Part shown: positions 52,643 through 64,000 of the stretch, in pieces
Layout of the letters: every line of letters starts with the position of its first letter
Numbering within the stretch: position 1 is the stretch's first letter
Source of the DNA: Octopus bimaculoides
Taxonomy: Eukaryota
Length of the DNA: 64,000 nucleotides
Direction: 5' to 3'
Assembly (NCBI RefSeq): GCF_001194135.2
Contig: NC_068983.1
Coordinates: forward strand, 105,388,036 to 105,452,035
Program-made: the position numbers and the translations under genes
The notes under the pieces: model-generated
Told to the model about the DNA's origin: nothing
Database searches by the model: none
Seen by the model: the letters and a program-made list of their open reading frames with translations, nothing else

Positions 52643-52922
52643 GTGGGTCTGTAATCATTCCAGGAAAATGAAGGAATAGTGTAGCAACCTACACATGAAA
52701 GGCATACTGAGTGAATGAGACAATGAAGGAGGAACAACTCTGCTGCCAATGCTAAGAAAAGAGTACAGTTAAGTCTTTTATATACATGAGCCACAAATAT
52801 ATGATCTCAAAGGTCATATGATCGCAAAGTTTCATTTTGTGATATATCATGATGAAATTCCAGGAGTATTAGTTGCTACTTATAATCTGTTACCCAAGCT
52901 TTCATAGAGTCTACAGACCCAC
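52643..52922. repeat. 280-bp unit bounded by 11-bp inverted repeats GTGGGTCTGTA/TACAGACCCAC, copy 1
   Basis: Five substitutions versus 61931-62210; shared left flank of about 70-100 bp as well. Confidence 0.9.
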
Positions 52923-54837
52923 TTTTACACAACTTTTTCAACAGTTAACAATTAGACAACAAATTCATTGGACACACTGGCACCACCGAAAAACTTTTTT
53001 TATTAAGTTACACAGTGTTTAAGAGCAAACTTTATTTGCTGAATCACCTAGGAAACTCTAGTCAGTAAAGCACGCATGCACGCACACACACAAATTAGGC
53101 ATTTCAATAATTTTAACAAAAACTAAAAAGAACAAGAAATAACGGTGAAGTTGAGCAGAAGTTTTTAAGCCAAAGAAATACTTGAAGCCTCAGTGCAAAA
53201 CCTAATAATCCTCACGTAGACTTTACTACTAATAGGCAAGATTTAGAACAATAACTGCATCACAGGAGGTCCCCTTGTTTGGAATTACTAAACAAGACCT
53301 CCTGTGATGAAACTATAACAGTCAATAAAACATTATCGTAAAAGAAATACAATGAAGCATAAAGTTCTACAAAGATATGCCAAAATAGTTAAACAATGAA
53401 GAAAAAGTATTTACATCAAGCCAAACTTTTTTTTAAAGATGGGAAAAAGATAAATGATTATTTCACACCTTATTTTGTGCTCAGATTAACAAAAGTCAAA
53501 AGGGTGAAAACAAAACTGTCAGCTTATAATGCTTCAAAAAATATGGCTTTTTTAACTGTGTTACAATCAGGCAAATTCTTATGTATAAAAGGGGTGAACT
53601 TCTGAACGCAACAACAGAAACTGTACAATCAGTGAATTGATATTCAAAGATGAAATTATGTAACAAAAGGTATAATACCCAAAGAATTTCATGTCCAGTC
53701 CTCACAACCATCACATGAAGTCAAGACAAGAGTACACACAACACACACACATATATATGAAGGGCTTCATTCAGTTTCTGTCTACCAAGTTCACTCAAAA
53801 AGCTTTGGTCAACCTGAGGCTATAGTAGAAGACATTTGCCGAAGGTGCTGCAGAGTAGGAGTGAAATCAAGACCACATGGTTGGGAGGCAAGCTTCTTAA
53901 CTACACATCTACACTAATAATAGACAAAATAATTCTTGAAACCCAAGTCTTTCTAAAAGTTCCTTACACCTTGGCATCCTAAAACCAAGTTAATATATTC
54001 TTTTGCATCCAACCAGCCAAAAATAAGTCTTCAATAAATACTGATTTCAAATTTTGGCACAAGGCTAGCAATTTTAAGGGAAAGGGTAAGTTGATTGCAT
54101 TGACCCCAGTGTTCAAACTGGTACTTATTTTATTGATCCTAAAAGGATGAAAAGCAAAATTGACCTCAGTGGAATTTGAACTCAAAAGATGAAGATGGAT
54201 GAAATACCATCAAGCATTTTGCCCAGCATGCTAATGATTCTGCCAGCTCACTGCCCTTACTTTCAGTCTTCAATAAATATTACTAATATCAAACAGATTA
54301 TAATATAAGATCAATAAATATACTTGTTTCAATTGAGTTAACACTCTTCTAGCAACTCCAGGATAGGTAGAGCTCTGTAAGGCAAGTCATCCAGGAGAAG
54401 GTCACACTAATGTAAAACTTACAGCTTGCTGCTCACTGCAGCTGTCTTATACTGTTGAGTAACAGTGGTCAGACTTCTAAATCTAAAGAGTGGGGTCAGA
54501 TTCATCATCACCATCATCCTTTAACATTCATTTTCCATGCTGGTATGGGTTGGATGGTTTGATCAGCGCTTACAAGTCAGAGAATTGCACTAGGTTCCAG
54601 TCTGATTTGGCTTAGTTTCTATGGCTGGATGACCTTCCTAACGCCAAGCATTTTACAGTGTGTGGTGGGTGCTTTCAATGTGGCACCAACACAAACATCC
54701 TTGTATGGCATCAGCATGAGTGCTTTTGACATGGCACCAGCAGAGGACTCTTGCAGGCCAATCCTCTTCACCGGAGGATGCTGCCTTAACACTTCTGCTG
54801 TGGAGGATGGGTCTTCTTGAGATTGTGTGGATTTACT

Positions 54838-55046
54838 CTAGCCCTTTAGCATTTAAACTGGCCATATCCAGCCCAAATATTTTACCTGTTTTATGTTCAA
54901 ATTGGCCAGATCCAGCATCTTTCAACTACCCTACAATGTCATTCTAAGAATAAACAATTGCATCTTCAAAAATCTCAAAGATGCAAAATAATGTAGGATT
55001 AATTCAAAATAATGTAAATAAATAAGTACTACATTTGACAGAGTAA
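54838..55046 (+). mobile_element. piggyBac-type MITE copy, right end truncated
   Basis: gccctttagcatttaaactggccatatccagcccaaat...acatttgacagagtaa. Confidence 0.78.
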
Positions 55047-55135
55047 CATGGAGCATCCTTGATCAAAAGTCTATTCAGTCAGGGCTACAATAATATGAAA
55101 TAACAAAAACCTACAAAAATGCAAAAAATACTTAC

Positions 55136-55321
55136 CCCCATTCTGAATCTTCTTTTTTGAGCATGTCCATAACAGCTAAAATAAGGGATTGCATGAGTGG
55201 GTCTTTAACATCAATTGGACGGATATCTGCATTTGGCTGGCTAATTAAGGTAGCCAAGCAATTGTGAACTACCATGCAGGTGTAGTGACCCAAATTCCAA
55301 TCACAACTTGATAACAAAAGA
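55136..55321 (-). CDS. ATXN10: Ataxin-10 coding exon (human exon 5 equivalent): LLLSSCDWNLGHYTCMVVHNCL...KKEDSEWG
   Basis: gttttctag|T CTT...TGG GG|gtaagt; 186 bp, phase 2/2; ends in the conserved (E/D)SEW motif. Confidence 0.92.
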
Positions 55322-55367
55322 CTAGAAAACAACAACAAAAAGGTAATTAGTGACAACAAATACAAGA

Positions 55368-55368
<1 letters not shown>

Positions 55369-55423
<55 letters not shown>

Positions 55424-55435
55424 TAATAATAATAA
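55369..55435. repeat. (TAA)n microsatellite
   Basis: About 22 units, 46 bp upstream (minus-strand sense) of the exon 55136-55321 acceptor. Confidence 0.95.
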
Positions 55436-56039
55436 TCCTTTCTACTACAGGCACAAGGCCTGAAATTTGGGGAGGTGGGGTAAGTTGATTACATCGACCC
55501 CAGTACTTGACTGGTACTTAATTCATCAACCCCGAAAGTTTGAAAGGCAAAGTCAACCTTGGCAGAATTTGAACTTAGAACATAAAGATGGATGAAATGC
55601 AGCAAAACATTTTGCCTGGCATGCCAATGATTCTGCCAGCTCACTGCCTTAATAATAATAATGATTTCAAATTTTGGCACAAAGCCAGCAATTTCAGGGG
55701 AGGGGTAAGCCGATTACATCAACCCCAGTACTCAACTGATACTTATTCTATCAACTCCAAAAGGATGAAAGACAGTCAACCCAGCCACATTTGAACTCAA
55801 AAAGTAAAGACAGATGAAATGCTGTTAAACATTGTCAACTCACTGCCTTAATAATAATAATGATGATGATTGCATTTATTTGCCACAAGGGCAAAGGATG
55901 AGGGGGACAATACAAAACAGACATAAAGTGTGGGGGTTTACATATAATGAAATGATAAAAAAATAAATGAAAGAAAGAAAGAATACACAGGACATATGCA
56001 TAGCATACAAGAGTTAAAAAAAAAAAAGTGGCAGGGAGA

Positions 56040-56930
56040 ATGATAGGGATGTGGCCCTCCTGATACAGGAAGGCCTCTAGGGATAATTGAGGAACCCCAC
56101 TGTCCAAGATTTCCCTGAAACCACAGGAGCAGGTGCCCTCTTTAATTCCTTCTCTCCAACTCACAGGTCTACACTTAGAGAAGTACCATCCACTCTTGCC
56201 ATTTTCCCAACTTTCACCCACCTTTCAAATAAACTCACTCAAGGACAGCACTTCCCTCTTCACTCTCAATTTCCTTTTCAAGTGAAACTTGAATAAGTCA
56301 ATGAGAGCTCTACCAAAGAGGAATGTATCTGTCATCATGCCTCTCAGCCTTGTCCACCAAACAACCTCTTTCACCACAGCCACCAGGCAAAAGAAAACTG
56401 CCTCGCCTGCCCAACTGAATGAGAGTGGCAGTGCAATCATCACTGCAGACTTGGCCAACAGACAGATCCATCCCACACATGACAGCAGCTGTTCAACATG
56501 ACCCCACAAATCAGCAACGCTCAGACACTGAACAAGGGCATGCAGAATGGTTTCGTCACTCGCGCACACCTTGAACAAGCCTGTCTGACAGCACATCTGT
56601 GCCAATAGAGTTTATCTCAAACCAGTAGCGCACCACCCCACCCCACCCGGTAGCACTGCCAGGCCAAGGACATCTAGAAATCATCCATGATAGTTCCCAA
56701 CTGGAAAGTCCTCTGGAACAGACTAGCCAGTTCATTCTCATCAGCACCCAGAGTCACCTCATGAATGTTGTTGCACTTCCCTGCCACTAATCCTCTATAA
56801 ATTTCTAAGGTGGAACATCCACCAATCCCATTGCCCAACCGGTAGAGGACTGTGAGCACCGGACAACATTCTAGGTGCCAGGCTTGGTCTTTTCTTCGCC
56901 CAGGACTGCAGCTTCATCAAGGAGATGAGC
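56040..56930 (-). mobile_element. Tx1/L1-like LINE ORF2 C-terminal fragment
   Basis: CASDETILHALVQCLSVADLWGHVEQLLS (zf-RVT-like CCHC region) and upstream RT-thumb remnants; stops/frameshifts. Confidence 0.7.
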
Positions 56931-59734
56931 TGAGGAAAGACGCAAAATATTCTAAATACCCTGCTCATAAATAATTATTTAACTTTAGTTGTTTAATGAC
57001 CACCTGATTTTAGATAGAGTACAACAAATTTACATAATCATGAGTGTTGGATGGAATGTTTCACAGCATCTGTTTTGACACACTATGCTCTACGTTCAAA
57101 TCCTACCATGGTCAACTTTGTCTGTCGTCCTTTCAAAGTCAATAAAAAAAGGTTCGATTCACAATATTTAATTGGTGGAAGTACTGAAGGGTCAAGATAG
57201 ATGCCTTTTGTATCTGCTCTGATTGTGTGCTTTCTGACTCTGAGCCAATCTGTATTGGCCTCAGGCAGCAACCTATTTCTTGGACAAACAATAGTGGTAT
57301 GGAGAGAGAAAAGATTTGCATACATGAGAAACTGCCACTCTTCTTCAAAAAATCTTGCCTAAGCCTACACATAGTTGTGCAGATTTATGGTCAACCTTGA
57401 TCAATGGAGGCCTCTAAAAACATCTGAAATGTGAACACCTAAAATAAATAACAATCCCAAACTACAGATCAAAGACTTTTGTCATTAATCCATTAAATTT
57501 TTCGTAGGACTTAAATTGAGATTACCAATGTGAAATCATTGCAACAAATTGGAATAAAACTCACTATTCACTACATTATGCTGTGCCTACAATAAATCGT
57601 GTTTTTCATTTAATTCTGCAAATAAAAATTTTCTAAATAATTATAATAAATAAATATTTTCTATAATTTCACATGATAAATATATTAATAAACATAAATA
57701 GCTCACTAAAAGCTACTTTATCATTAATAAAAACTACAGCAACAATTGTGTCTTACATTACTATTACCGGAACATCTGGAAATGTATCTGTTTCATGGAA
57801 CTTCACAAAATTTAATAAGAGTGAATTGAAAAAAATTCTACCATAATTAACTAATAACATCCTTGTTAATAAAAATAGCAGCTAAATTTCCTCAAACCCA
57901 ACCATCTTATAAAACACAATACGCATTGGATAATTAGATCCAGGATGTATCATCTAGGGTAAAGATGGAATGGTCTTGGATGAAATGCCTTTGACCACAG
58001 GTCAGGTCACTCAAACAATACTGACCTGGGGACAAACAATAAGAAAACACCTAATCTTTCTGACATTACATGTGCTCACTTGATCTGTTAGAAACAGAAG
58101 TAAAACTTCTTTCAACTCATTCCCTATTATCTTAAATAAAGATACTTTAGAAATTGTAGTCTTAGGTACACTATGTCTGGATAAAAAACAAGATGGTTGT
58201 TGCTAGAATACCTTTGATCAAAAGTTTGCTCAGTCAGAGCTAACTGAGGTGAAAATCAACACCACCTAATTTATCATAGTAAAAGACAATGACAAAGAAT
58301 TTATACTGAAACTTCATACAAATAAACTCCAAAATTTCAACTTACACTAAAAACTCATTTTGTCGCCCAGCAACACTAAAATTGGAGTTCAAATCTCAAA
58401 AATCAATTCAAAACAGGTTTAACATTTCACACGGGAAATCAGTGTTGAGTTCAGTCTTAGAAAACATGCTAAAAACATTCAAAAAGAGAAGAAAAAAAAC
58501 TCAAACCAAACAAAAGGTCTGACCTCTTCTGAACTGAAAAGCCTGCAAACATTAAACAGTTCGGTGCAGGGGTTGTTGGTAAATGGGTAACACCCGCCAG
58601 TTAACTGTAAAGTTGCTTCCTCTAACAACAACCTGAGAAATCCTCTCAATAAAACATAACAAAGACTGCCTCCACATCAAAAGAATAATTAAATAAAAAT
58701 AACAGGTAAATAGTTTATTTCAGTCGTTGATTACTTAAACCAAGAATATATTTGAAATGAAAATATATAATAATAAAAATAACAAGAAGGCTTCCACATA
58801 GTGTTTTTGATAATAAATCTTTTATAGAAGTTTACCAATGAAGAAAAAAACTTACAATCTTGAAATTTAACTAAGTAACACATTAACATGTTTTTATAAA
58901 ACTGTAGACTAATCTAATTAGATGGCATAGAAACAGAATGAAAAAAAATATTCTAAAACACTTTGTTATGGAATCTACATTGCAAAGTTTGTTGCATTAA
59001 ACCATATCAAAATGAATACAATGGTAATCTAGAGAAAATATTTTATGCTCAGTATAAACATATTTTTCCATATTGGAATGGGTTAATTGAGTTTATATTA
59101 TTAATACCATCTGCTTACCTCTATGCTCCTGAGATCAGATTTAACTACCAAAAATTTTTGCCTGAACTCTGAACCAGCTGTCATCAACCTCCAATTCAAA
59201 AGACATCTGCACCTATTTCATGTCATCCATTCTCAAACTACCTTAGTCACTTTCCTTTCATTATAATTGAAAAACAAATTTCACTTAACAAGTTGAGTCC
59301 ACACTTGGACTCACTTGTTCAGCAAAATTAAAGTGGAAACCAAATGGAATTTATTCCACCTTATGTTTTACTGTTGTACACAATAACTTTCTAATACAGC
59401 CTATCTTACAACAGAAGAATAATCTATCTTTCTCTGCTAAATTGACTGGTTTACACAATTCCTCAACTACTTTGAATCTTGAGTCAATGAGAGAACTTCT
59501 ATATGGTTGGTCAATCTGCTAGAAACAGCAACCAAATCTTCCTCAAATACACCCTACTGTTTTTTGGTTAGAATATTTAAGATTAGAAATAATCATTATT
59601 ATGCTCTGCTGTAAGAATAAGCACTGGTGCCAATTTGTTCAAATAAACCCTTAAAGACAGTGCTCCAGCATAGCCACAGTTCAATGACTGAAACAAGATA
59701 AATATATCGAAAAAAAAAAAAGAAATATAATTAC

Positions 59735-59837
59735 GGGAAGTCAGGAGAGAAACTGCTCCAAACAAGTATTTGATTGTCATAGTTATTCACCACAGCATTA
59801 CCAATGAACTGTACAGCACAACAGAGTTGGACTTCAG
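59735..59837 (-). CDS. ATXN10: Ataxin-10 coding exon (human exon 4 equivalent): EVQLCCAVQFIGNAVVNNYDNQILVWSSFSPDF
   Basis: ttccttgtag|CT GAA...TTC CC|gtaatt; 103 bp, phase 1/2; matches human FRCGLQFLGNIASRNEDSQSIVWVHAFP motif. Confidence 0.93.
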
Positions 59838-60989
59838 CTACAAGGAAAGAAAAATTCATGAAATTTATTAACATGCTAAAATACACACATTTTATTCTAA
59901 ATACATCCAAATTAGTTCTATCACATTTTCAAGTTGACCAAAGCTTTATATGTAAGATTTGGAATTTGGTAGTCAGAAACTATGCGGAAGCTCATCAGAA
60001 CAACTGTTTCTGTTCTTTTTTTGTATGTTTTCTATGGCTTGATGCTTTCCTATTGCAACAACTGTACAGAGTGTACTGGGCGTGTTTTATCATGGCACCA
60101 GTACTGGAGGGTTTGTCATATCATTGACAAAACTAAAAAGTCTGCTCTATCCTATGTTGTTTCTATTCATTTGTTCACCAGCACCAGAGGGTCATCTCAT
60201 CCTTAAAAGATAGGAGAGTGAAGAAAGAAGATAATGAGAGCAAGAGGGTAATAGAGAATAGAGAGTAATGGAAAAGGACTAGAGTAATAAGAGCAAGGTG
60301 AGAGGGGAAAGAGTAAAGGAAGAATGAGTGAGAAGAACAACTACATGATGGTTGTTGGTAAGGAGATAGGATAAAAATAATATGAGTGGTTTGATGGAGG
60401 GAAGAGAGAGAGTAATAAGAGGAAGACAGAATGCTAGAAGAGAAAATACTTAAAGTGAGAGAAAGATAGCAGAAAGTGATAGCAGAGAGATGGATAGACA
60501 GATAGACAGACAGACAAACAGACACAACCAGCCAGATAAACAGATACAAACAGACAGAGGGAAAGACAGACAGACAGAGGGAGAGAGAGTGAGTGATGGC
60601 AGAGAGAGTACTCAAAGACATAGTAGGGAGAGATGAAGAAAAACAGATATCAACTATGAATGATGGAAGGAGTTATGTGAGAGAGAAAGTGATGGTAGCA
60701 ATGAAGATGATGACAAGGGAGTGAAAGATGTCAGTAATGAGTGATATGAGAGAGAATGTGAGAGAGTGATTGTTAGCAATCAAAAAGTAATGATTGGTAA
60801 GGAGAAAATTGAACAGACAGATTCAATGTGATGCCATCATTCAGGACACATGTAATATGATGGTAGAGAGATGAAGTGATAGTAGGAAGGCACATTGGTA
60901 GGAGATGGATAGGTGGTAAATGAAAGTGTAACAGAGGAGAGTGGCCATAACAATCAAGAGAGATTCAAATGGTGAATATTATACATCTC

Positions 60990-61510
60990 AATCTCCATTT
61001 CTACCATCAGCATGGTAACAACCATTTTTCTCACTTGCATAGGTTGAGTGCCCCTCCCTCCGCTCCCCTGCCGCATTTTCCCACAAGCCATCTTGTTATC
61101 ATCTCTATGAGATTTAGCTTGTTAAGATCAGTCTTTATGCTTCATCACATGTCCTCCTAGGGCTATCTCTTCCACAGATTCCATCTGCTTGGAGCGCTTA
61201 GCATTTCACGCAACCATTATTCTGCATACACGTTACATGCCAATTATCAATGCAATCGTCTTTCTTGCACACAACATCTAATTCTTATTTCCAGTTTTCC
61301 TTAACTCTTTTGTGCTCTGTTATTCATGCACATTAACATTACACATCCAGTGGTGCATGGTCACTTCATTTCTTGCCAATTCTCTACATTCAAGGACCAT
61401 GTTTTGCTATCAAGAAGCATCACATTTCATATACAAGCAAAGTACAATCTGCCTTTCACTCTGCGAGAGAAACCCTTTGTTGCCAGTTGAGGTAGTAGCC
61501 CCCAAAGAAA
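60990..61510 (-). mobile_element. Decayed RTE-clade LINE 3' end
   Basis: Minus strand DGICGRDSPRRTCDE corresponds to RTE VEGxxGRGRPRKTWxE; upstream ETW/RW motifs eroded. Confidence 0.7.
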
Positions 61511-61930
61511 AACAGATCAAGTGTAAATAGATTCATCATCATCATTCAAGTTTTCCATGCTGGCATGGGCTGGACGGTTTGACTGAGGTCTGGAGAGCCA
61601 GAGGCTGCACCAGGCTCCAATCTGATCTGGCAATGTTTCTACAGCTGAATGCCCTTTCTAACGCCAACCACTCTGAGAGTGTAGTGGGTACTTTTTATGT
61701 GCCACCAGCACAAGAGCCAGTCAAGCAGGCTGAGCATCAATCACGTTTGAATATTGCTTTTTACATGCCACCAGCACAGGAGCCAGTCAGGGAGCACTGG
61801 CATCAGCAACGTTCGGATGGTGCTTTCCACATGCCACCGGCACGGAAGCCAGTCAGCAGGTATTGGCATCAGGAATGAAATTCTAAAAGGTAAATCATCA
61901 TATAATTGTGCAACACTTAAAACTGGATAT

Positions 61931-62210
61931 GTGGGTCTGTAATCATTCCAGGAAAATGAAGGAATAGTGTAGCAACCTACACATGAAAGGCATACTGAGT
62001 GAATGAGACAATGAAGGAGGAACAACTCTGCTGCCAATGCTAAGAAAAGAGTACAGTTAAGTCATTTATATACATGAGCCACAAATATAAGATCTCAAAG
62101 GTCATATGATTGCAAAGTTTCACTTTGTGATATATCATGATGAAATTCCAGGAGTATTAGTTGCTACTCATAATCTGTTACCCAAGCTTTCATAGAGTCT
62201 ACAGACCCAC
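61931..62210. repeat. 280-bp inverted-repeat-bounded unit, copy 2
   Basis: Direct-orientation duplicate of 52643-52922; identity stops exactly after CCCAC. Confidence 0.9.
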
Positions 62211-62777
62211 AGTCACTAAATCAAGGCACCTCACAGTGGAACTGAATGGTTGGGAAGCAAGCTTCTCAACCACACAGCCATGCCTGAGCATATATAAAAA
62301 AAATATATACAGGATGATCATTGTTAAAACACTTTTGATCATTAGTCTATTCAATCAGGGCTGTCTAAGGGTTAAACATCAACAACAACCAACCAGGTGA
62401 CATATTAGACTTCTAAAAGAAAGAAAAAAAGACAAAAAAAAAACACGGTAGAAATGTAATGTTCTGTTCTGTTGACACTCTGGCAGCATATCACTGAAAA
62501 TAATATTTGGCCAATTAATAGTGTTATATGACATGACCACTGTCATTAAAACCAAGCCAGTGAGAGGTTCTAACTGCTTTAGGTGTATCAAGATGCAAGA
62601 TTCTCTACCTTCAGGGCTATGTCATTTTATTAAACAATATTCTGTTAGTGTTTTCAGTGGTAAACTTAGGAAATTACATGAATTTATTTGTTAGGAAATA
62701 ATTTTTTAAATCTCAAATGAAATTCATTATTCAAATTTTTTTTTTTTTTTTTTAAATTTTTAAAATATGTCTCTTAC

Positions 62778-62845
62778 CATCTTCACTTCCTTCTTTTAAG
62801 ATCATACGAATAAAGTCTCGAGCCAGAAGTGGGATTCGAGAGTTT
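62778..62845 (-). CDS. ATXN10: Ataxin-10 coding exon (equivalent of human exon 3): NSRIPLLARDFIRMILKEGSED
   Basis: Minus strand ttttcag|A AAC TCT...GAA GAT G|gtaaga; 68 bp, phase 2 in / phase 1 out, joins the next exon in frame (G|CT=Ala). Sequence similarity alone is weak; call rests on position, phase and splice signals. Confidence 0.8.
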
Positions 62846-64000
62846 CTGAAAAACACATGAAAAGCATTTATAAAATGGGTAAATTTATCCATAGAAGAAA
62901 AAGGAACCTCCCTTTCACAGGTCTTGAAATGCTAAAAAAAAACGCCAGTACACTATCAAAATAAGGGATAAACAATTATACTTCTTTTATCAACAAAAAA
63001 TTAAGCATTATCAAATATATACTGAGATTTTTTTTTTAAATTGAAGTAAAACTGATTTTGATTTCATTTACCTTGAAATGTAAAGTAGGTTTAAATGAGA
63101 ACAAAACTTTGCTACAGCTATCAAATTATGGTGATTGTGCTTGAATAGACTCAGGGATCAGAGGTAGTCAAGCAAAATGTTTTAAGAGAAGGTCATAGGT
63201 CCAACTATAAGGCAGCATATTTGAATATCTACTTTCTCTTCTACTAATGTATGTATCTATCTACTCTCATAATTCCCATAAATATTTAAACTTAATAACA
63301 CACAAAAAGAAAAAAATGAATGGTAGTGACCCAGCATGGCCAGAGCCTTTGGTTAGGAACATGGAAAAGACAAGGGTGTAACATCCACAGCTATTTCCTA
63401 ACTAAGGTTATTTTACTTTGACTATCGATTGCTATATCTTCTAATGCAGAAATTTACAGATCTTCATGACAATGTTTCATTATGATATATATTTTGATCA
63501 TGCGTGTAATTTGAACATACAAATGCTGAATAATGTAAACCTTCATCTTTCTCTCTCCCTTTTTCTTGTGTTTTCTCTTTCTATTTTTTCCCCAATTCTG
63601 CTATTTCCGTTTCTTTGTCTTCTCTTCTGCTTCTTTCTTTAAATTTTTACCATTTAGATTATTACCTCCCTTAGAATAACACTGAGAAAACTGACTGACT
63701 ACAGGAACAAGAATAATATGTCTTGAAATTTTTAAAATAAGAGGGAAGCTGACAAAGACAAACAGGCTGGAATAAGGGCTATTGGTTTAATCTATACATA
63801 GAGCAAATTCCTGTTGCTGTATTTTTACCATTTTTTATAAGAAAATTAAATAAAATCAATGAAAAAAAGTAAGACTTATCCATACCTACAAATGGTGTCT
63901 TGGTTATCTTTTGAACCGATGCATGAATTGCGTAAACATCTAAAGACTTCAGTAACTGTCTGATTTAAACCTTTGACTTCTCTTGATTCAGCCAAATAGG

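Overview
AT-rich (microsatellite- and TE-dense) animal genomic DNA with nine N-gaps; the SINE/MITE repertoire and style point to a coleoid cephalopod, most likely Octopus (inference). The only protein-coding gene I can support is ataxin-10 (ATXN10) on the minus strand. Nine coding exons lie at 62778-62845, 59735-59837, 55136-55321, 51421-51498, 50211-50394, 45966-46077, 24527-24702, 20510-20573 and 20190-20305. They have canonical splice sites and mutually consistent phases, and splice into one open frame (NSRIPLL...CCAVQFIGNAVVNN...DSEWG...GIKRDLIRLIGNMVYRNKANQDKVRELNGIPLILNQTNIDGRNPFITQWSILAIHNLCEDN...). The 5' exons lie beyond the right edge. The last intron is a textbook U12 (minor-spliceosome) intron. 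The rest is TE debris: DD37D mariners, a deleted piggyBac and its MITEs, R4/Dong, CR1, Tx1 and RTE LINE fragments, a Helitron-like element and many tRNA-SINEs. The most unusual content is two unrelated fold-back insertions (481-~720 and 12361-12839). Each carries a hammerhead-ribozyme-type core in both arms, and the second is fused to a tRNA/Pol III head. Also notable are a 98%-identical 280-bp TIR-bounded unit in two different ATXN10 introns and a pre-miRNA-like intronic hairpin. Nearly all ORFs in the supplied track are artefacts of microsatellites, N-runs or TEs.
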